Source of the DNA: an uncultured Syntrophaceae bacterium
GTDB lineage: Bacteria > Desulfobacterota > Syntrophia > Syntrophales > PHBD01
Direction of reading: 5' to 3'
NCBI GenBank assembly: GCA_964396205.1
Contig: CAYNEJ010000003.1
Location: 1 to 56,109 of the forward strand
DNA: 56,109 nucleotides
This document shows positions 54,984 to 56,109 of the stretch, piece after piece. The position numbers were made by a program, and so were the translations under genes. The notes under the pieces were generated by a model. The model was given only the letters and a program-made list of their open reading frames with translations. It was not told the origin of the DNA and did not search any database. Every line of letters begins with the position of its first letter. Position 1 is the first letter of the stretch.

Positions 54984-55250
54984 GACATACCGGACGCCGT
55001 CCTTTTGATTGCAGCGCATGGCCGGGGACGGCGGGTTGCTACTGTACCCGATCCCTCTCCGGTTGTCAGGCGGTTATTTGCCGGTCATGAGGAGGGGTGG
55101 CAAACGGCCGGGGATGTGCGCGGCCAAATCATGACGCACCCGTTGCGGCCTGCGGGATAGGGCAAAGGAATGATCCATAAATTCCGTTGCCCCGTCGATC
55201 CTGAATAATGTAAAGTCACTACCCTATTGTCGCGGCCGGAGGAGGGAGCC

Positions 55251-56109
55251 ATGAAGAACGCCGTTATCCGCGCGACGGGAAGCCACGTTCCGGAGCGGGT
55301 CGTTGCCAACGAGGATCTGGAGCAGTTCTCCCCGGAGGCCCGGGAGATGGTCTTCCAGAAGACCGGGGTTCTCGCCCGGAGGCAGGCCGCTCCCGACGAA
55401 TGCACCTCCGACCTGGCGCTCAAGGCAGCCGGGATGTGCCTGGACCGGGCGGATTTCCCGGCAAATGAACTCGACGGCATCGTCGTGGCCACGTCTTCCC
55501 CCGATCGGATGCAGCCTGCCACGGCGACAAGAGTCCAGCACAACCTGGGGGCCCGGAAGGCCTTCGCCTTCGACATCAACTCCGTCTGTTCCGGGAGTAC
55601 CTTCGGCATCTCCCTGGCTGACGCCTTTCTCCGGTCCGGCCAGGCCGGAAGCCTGCTGCTCGTCGGCTCGGAAGTCTACTCGAAGATTACGAATCCGAAG
55701 GACTTCTCTTCGTATCCCTTCTTCGGAGACGGAGCCGGGGCGGTTCTCTTTACCGCAGAGGAGAATTCCGGCCGGGGTGTGCTCCGCTCCTGCATGCAAA
55801 GCGACGGCGGCCTGTCCGACATGATCTGTGTGCCCGCCGGCGGGACCATGCTCCCCTTTGAGCGCATGGCCTCTCCCCGGCAGGCCTATTTCCGGATGAA
55901 AGGAGTGGACGTCTTCAGCTTTGCCGTGGAGAAGGGACCGGAGATCATCCGGCGGCTCCTGTCGGAGGCCGGCGTGGCCCCCGGGGACGTGGCCGGATAC
56001 CTTTGCCACCAGGCCAACATCAACATCATCCGCAAGATCGCCGCGGCACTGGAGGTTCCGGAGGAGCGCTTTTTTGTGAACATCCACAAGTACGGAAACA
56101 CCGCAGGGG
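55251..56109 (+). CDS. fabH: 3-oxoacyl-ACP synthase III (FabH-like), 3'-truncated by the window edge
   Basis: Not in the ORF track because it has no stop in the window. My translation: MKNAVIRATGSHVPERVV...DINSVCSGSTF (Cys)...CHQANINII (His)...KYGNTAG (Asn). GGAGGGAG SD. Confidence 0.85.
   Translation, partial: MKNAVIRATGSHVPERVVANEDLEQFSPEAREMVFQKTGVLARRQAAPDECTSDLALKAAGMCLDRADFPANELDGIVVATSSPDRMQPATATRVQHNLGARKAFAFDINSVCSGSTFGISLADAFLRSGQAGSLLLVGSEVYSKITNPKDFSSYPFFGDGAGAVLFTAEENSGRGVLRSCMQSDGGLSDMICVPAGGTMLPFERMASPRQAYFRMKGVDVFSFAVEKGPEIIRRLLSEAGVAPGDVAGYLCHQANINIIRKIAAALEVPEERFFVNIHKYGNTAG

Noticed and set aside
1-56109. Search by eye for CRISPR arrays, tRNA/rRNA genes, IS elements, integrases and long direct or inverted repeats.
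   Set aside because: None was recognised. The non-coding gaps are short (mostly under 400 nt) and contain only hairpins and short palindromes. A tRNAscan/Infernal/repeat-finder run would be needed for a definitive negative.

Overview
High-GC (by eye above 60%) chromosomal segment, gene-dense on both strands. By inference it comes from an anaerobic Desulfobacterota/Deltaproteobacteria-like bacterium: Sec-containing SelD, a c7-type cytochrome, DUF35/thiolase and 4-hydroxybutyryl-CoA-dehydratase-like genes. No rRNA, tRNA, CRISPR array, transposase or integrase was seen.

Left to right:
- ddl plus an mlaEFD-like lipid-transport operon.
- A small HExxH protein, an FmdB zinc ribbon and a GNAT.
- A nifS-like/selD pair. 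selD carries an in-frame UGA (Sec) that the ORF track truncates.
- A radical SAM/SPASM gene, followed by a small membrane ORF that may read through a UGA with an fdhF-like SECIS hairpin.
- An S11 D-Ala-D-Ala carboxypeptidase and a class II photolyase.
- An eight-gene minus-strand acyl-CoA catabolic operon (BKACE, DUF35, two thiolase-like genes, DUF35, ACAD, AMP-ligase, AbfD-like), divergent from a TetR gene.
- ridA and thrC.
- A large c-di-GMP/two-component block: GAF-GGDEF, three PAS hybrid histidine kinases (one frameshifted), an HD-GYP response regulator and a PAS-GGDEF-EAL protein. It is interrupted by a roughly 2.3 kb lower-GC island carrying a Doc toxin and an unusually large HTH partner.
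- Three poorly characterised genes: a 435-aa hypothetical, a SEC-C/DUF1186 protein and a secreted CVNH-like lectin.
- ubiE/menG, yedF-DUF3343-LysR (selenium/sulfur carrier module), a DRG/TGS GTPase, an MBL hydrolase and a triheme cytochrome c.
- A TRAP transporter (dctPQM), a BASS-family permease and a partial fabH.

The most unusual signals are the candidate small selenoprotein, the thiolase-like pair that appears to lack the catalytic Cys, and the Doc island with its orphan terminator. All functional calls come from motif recognition by eye; no database search was run.
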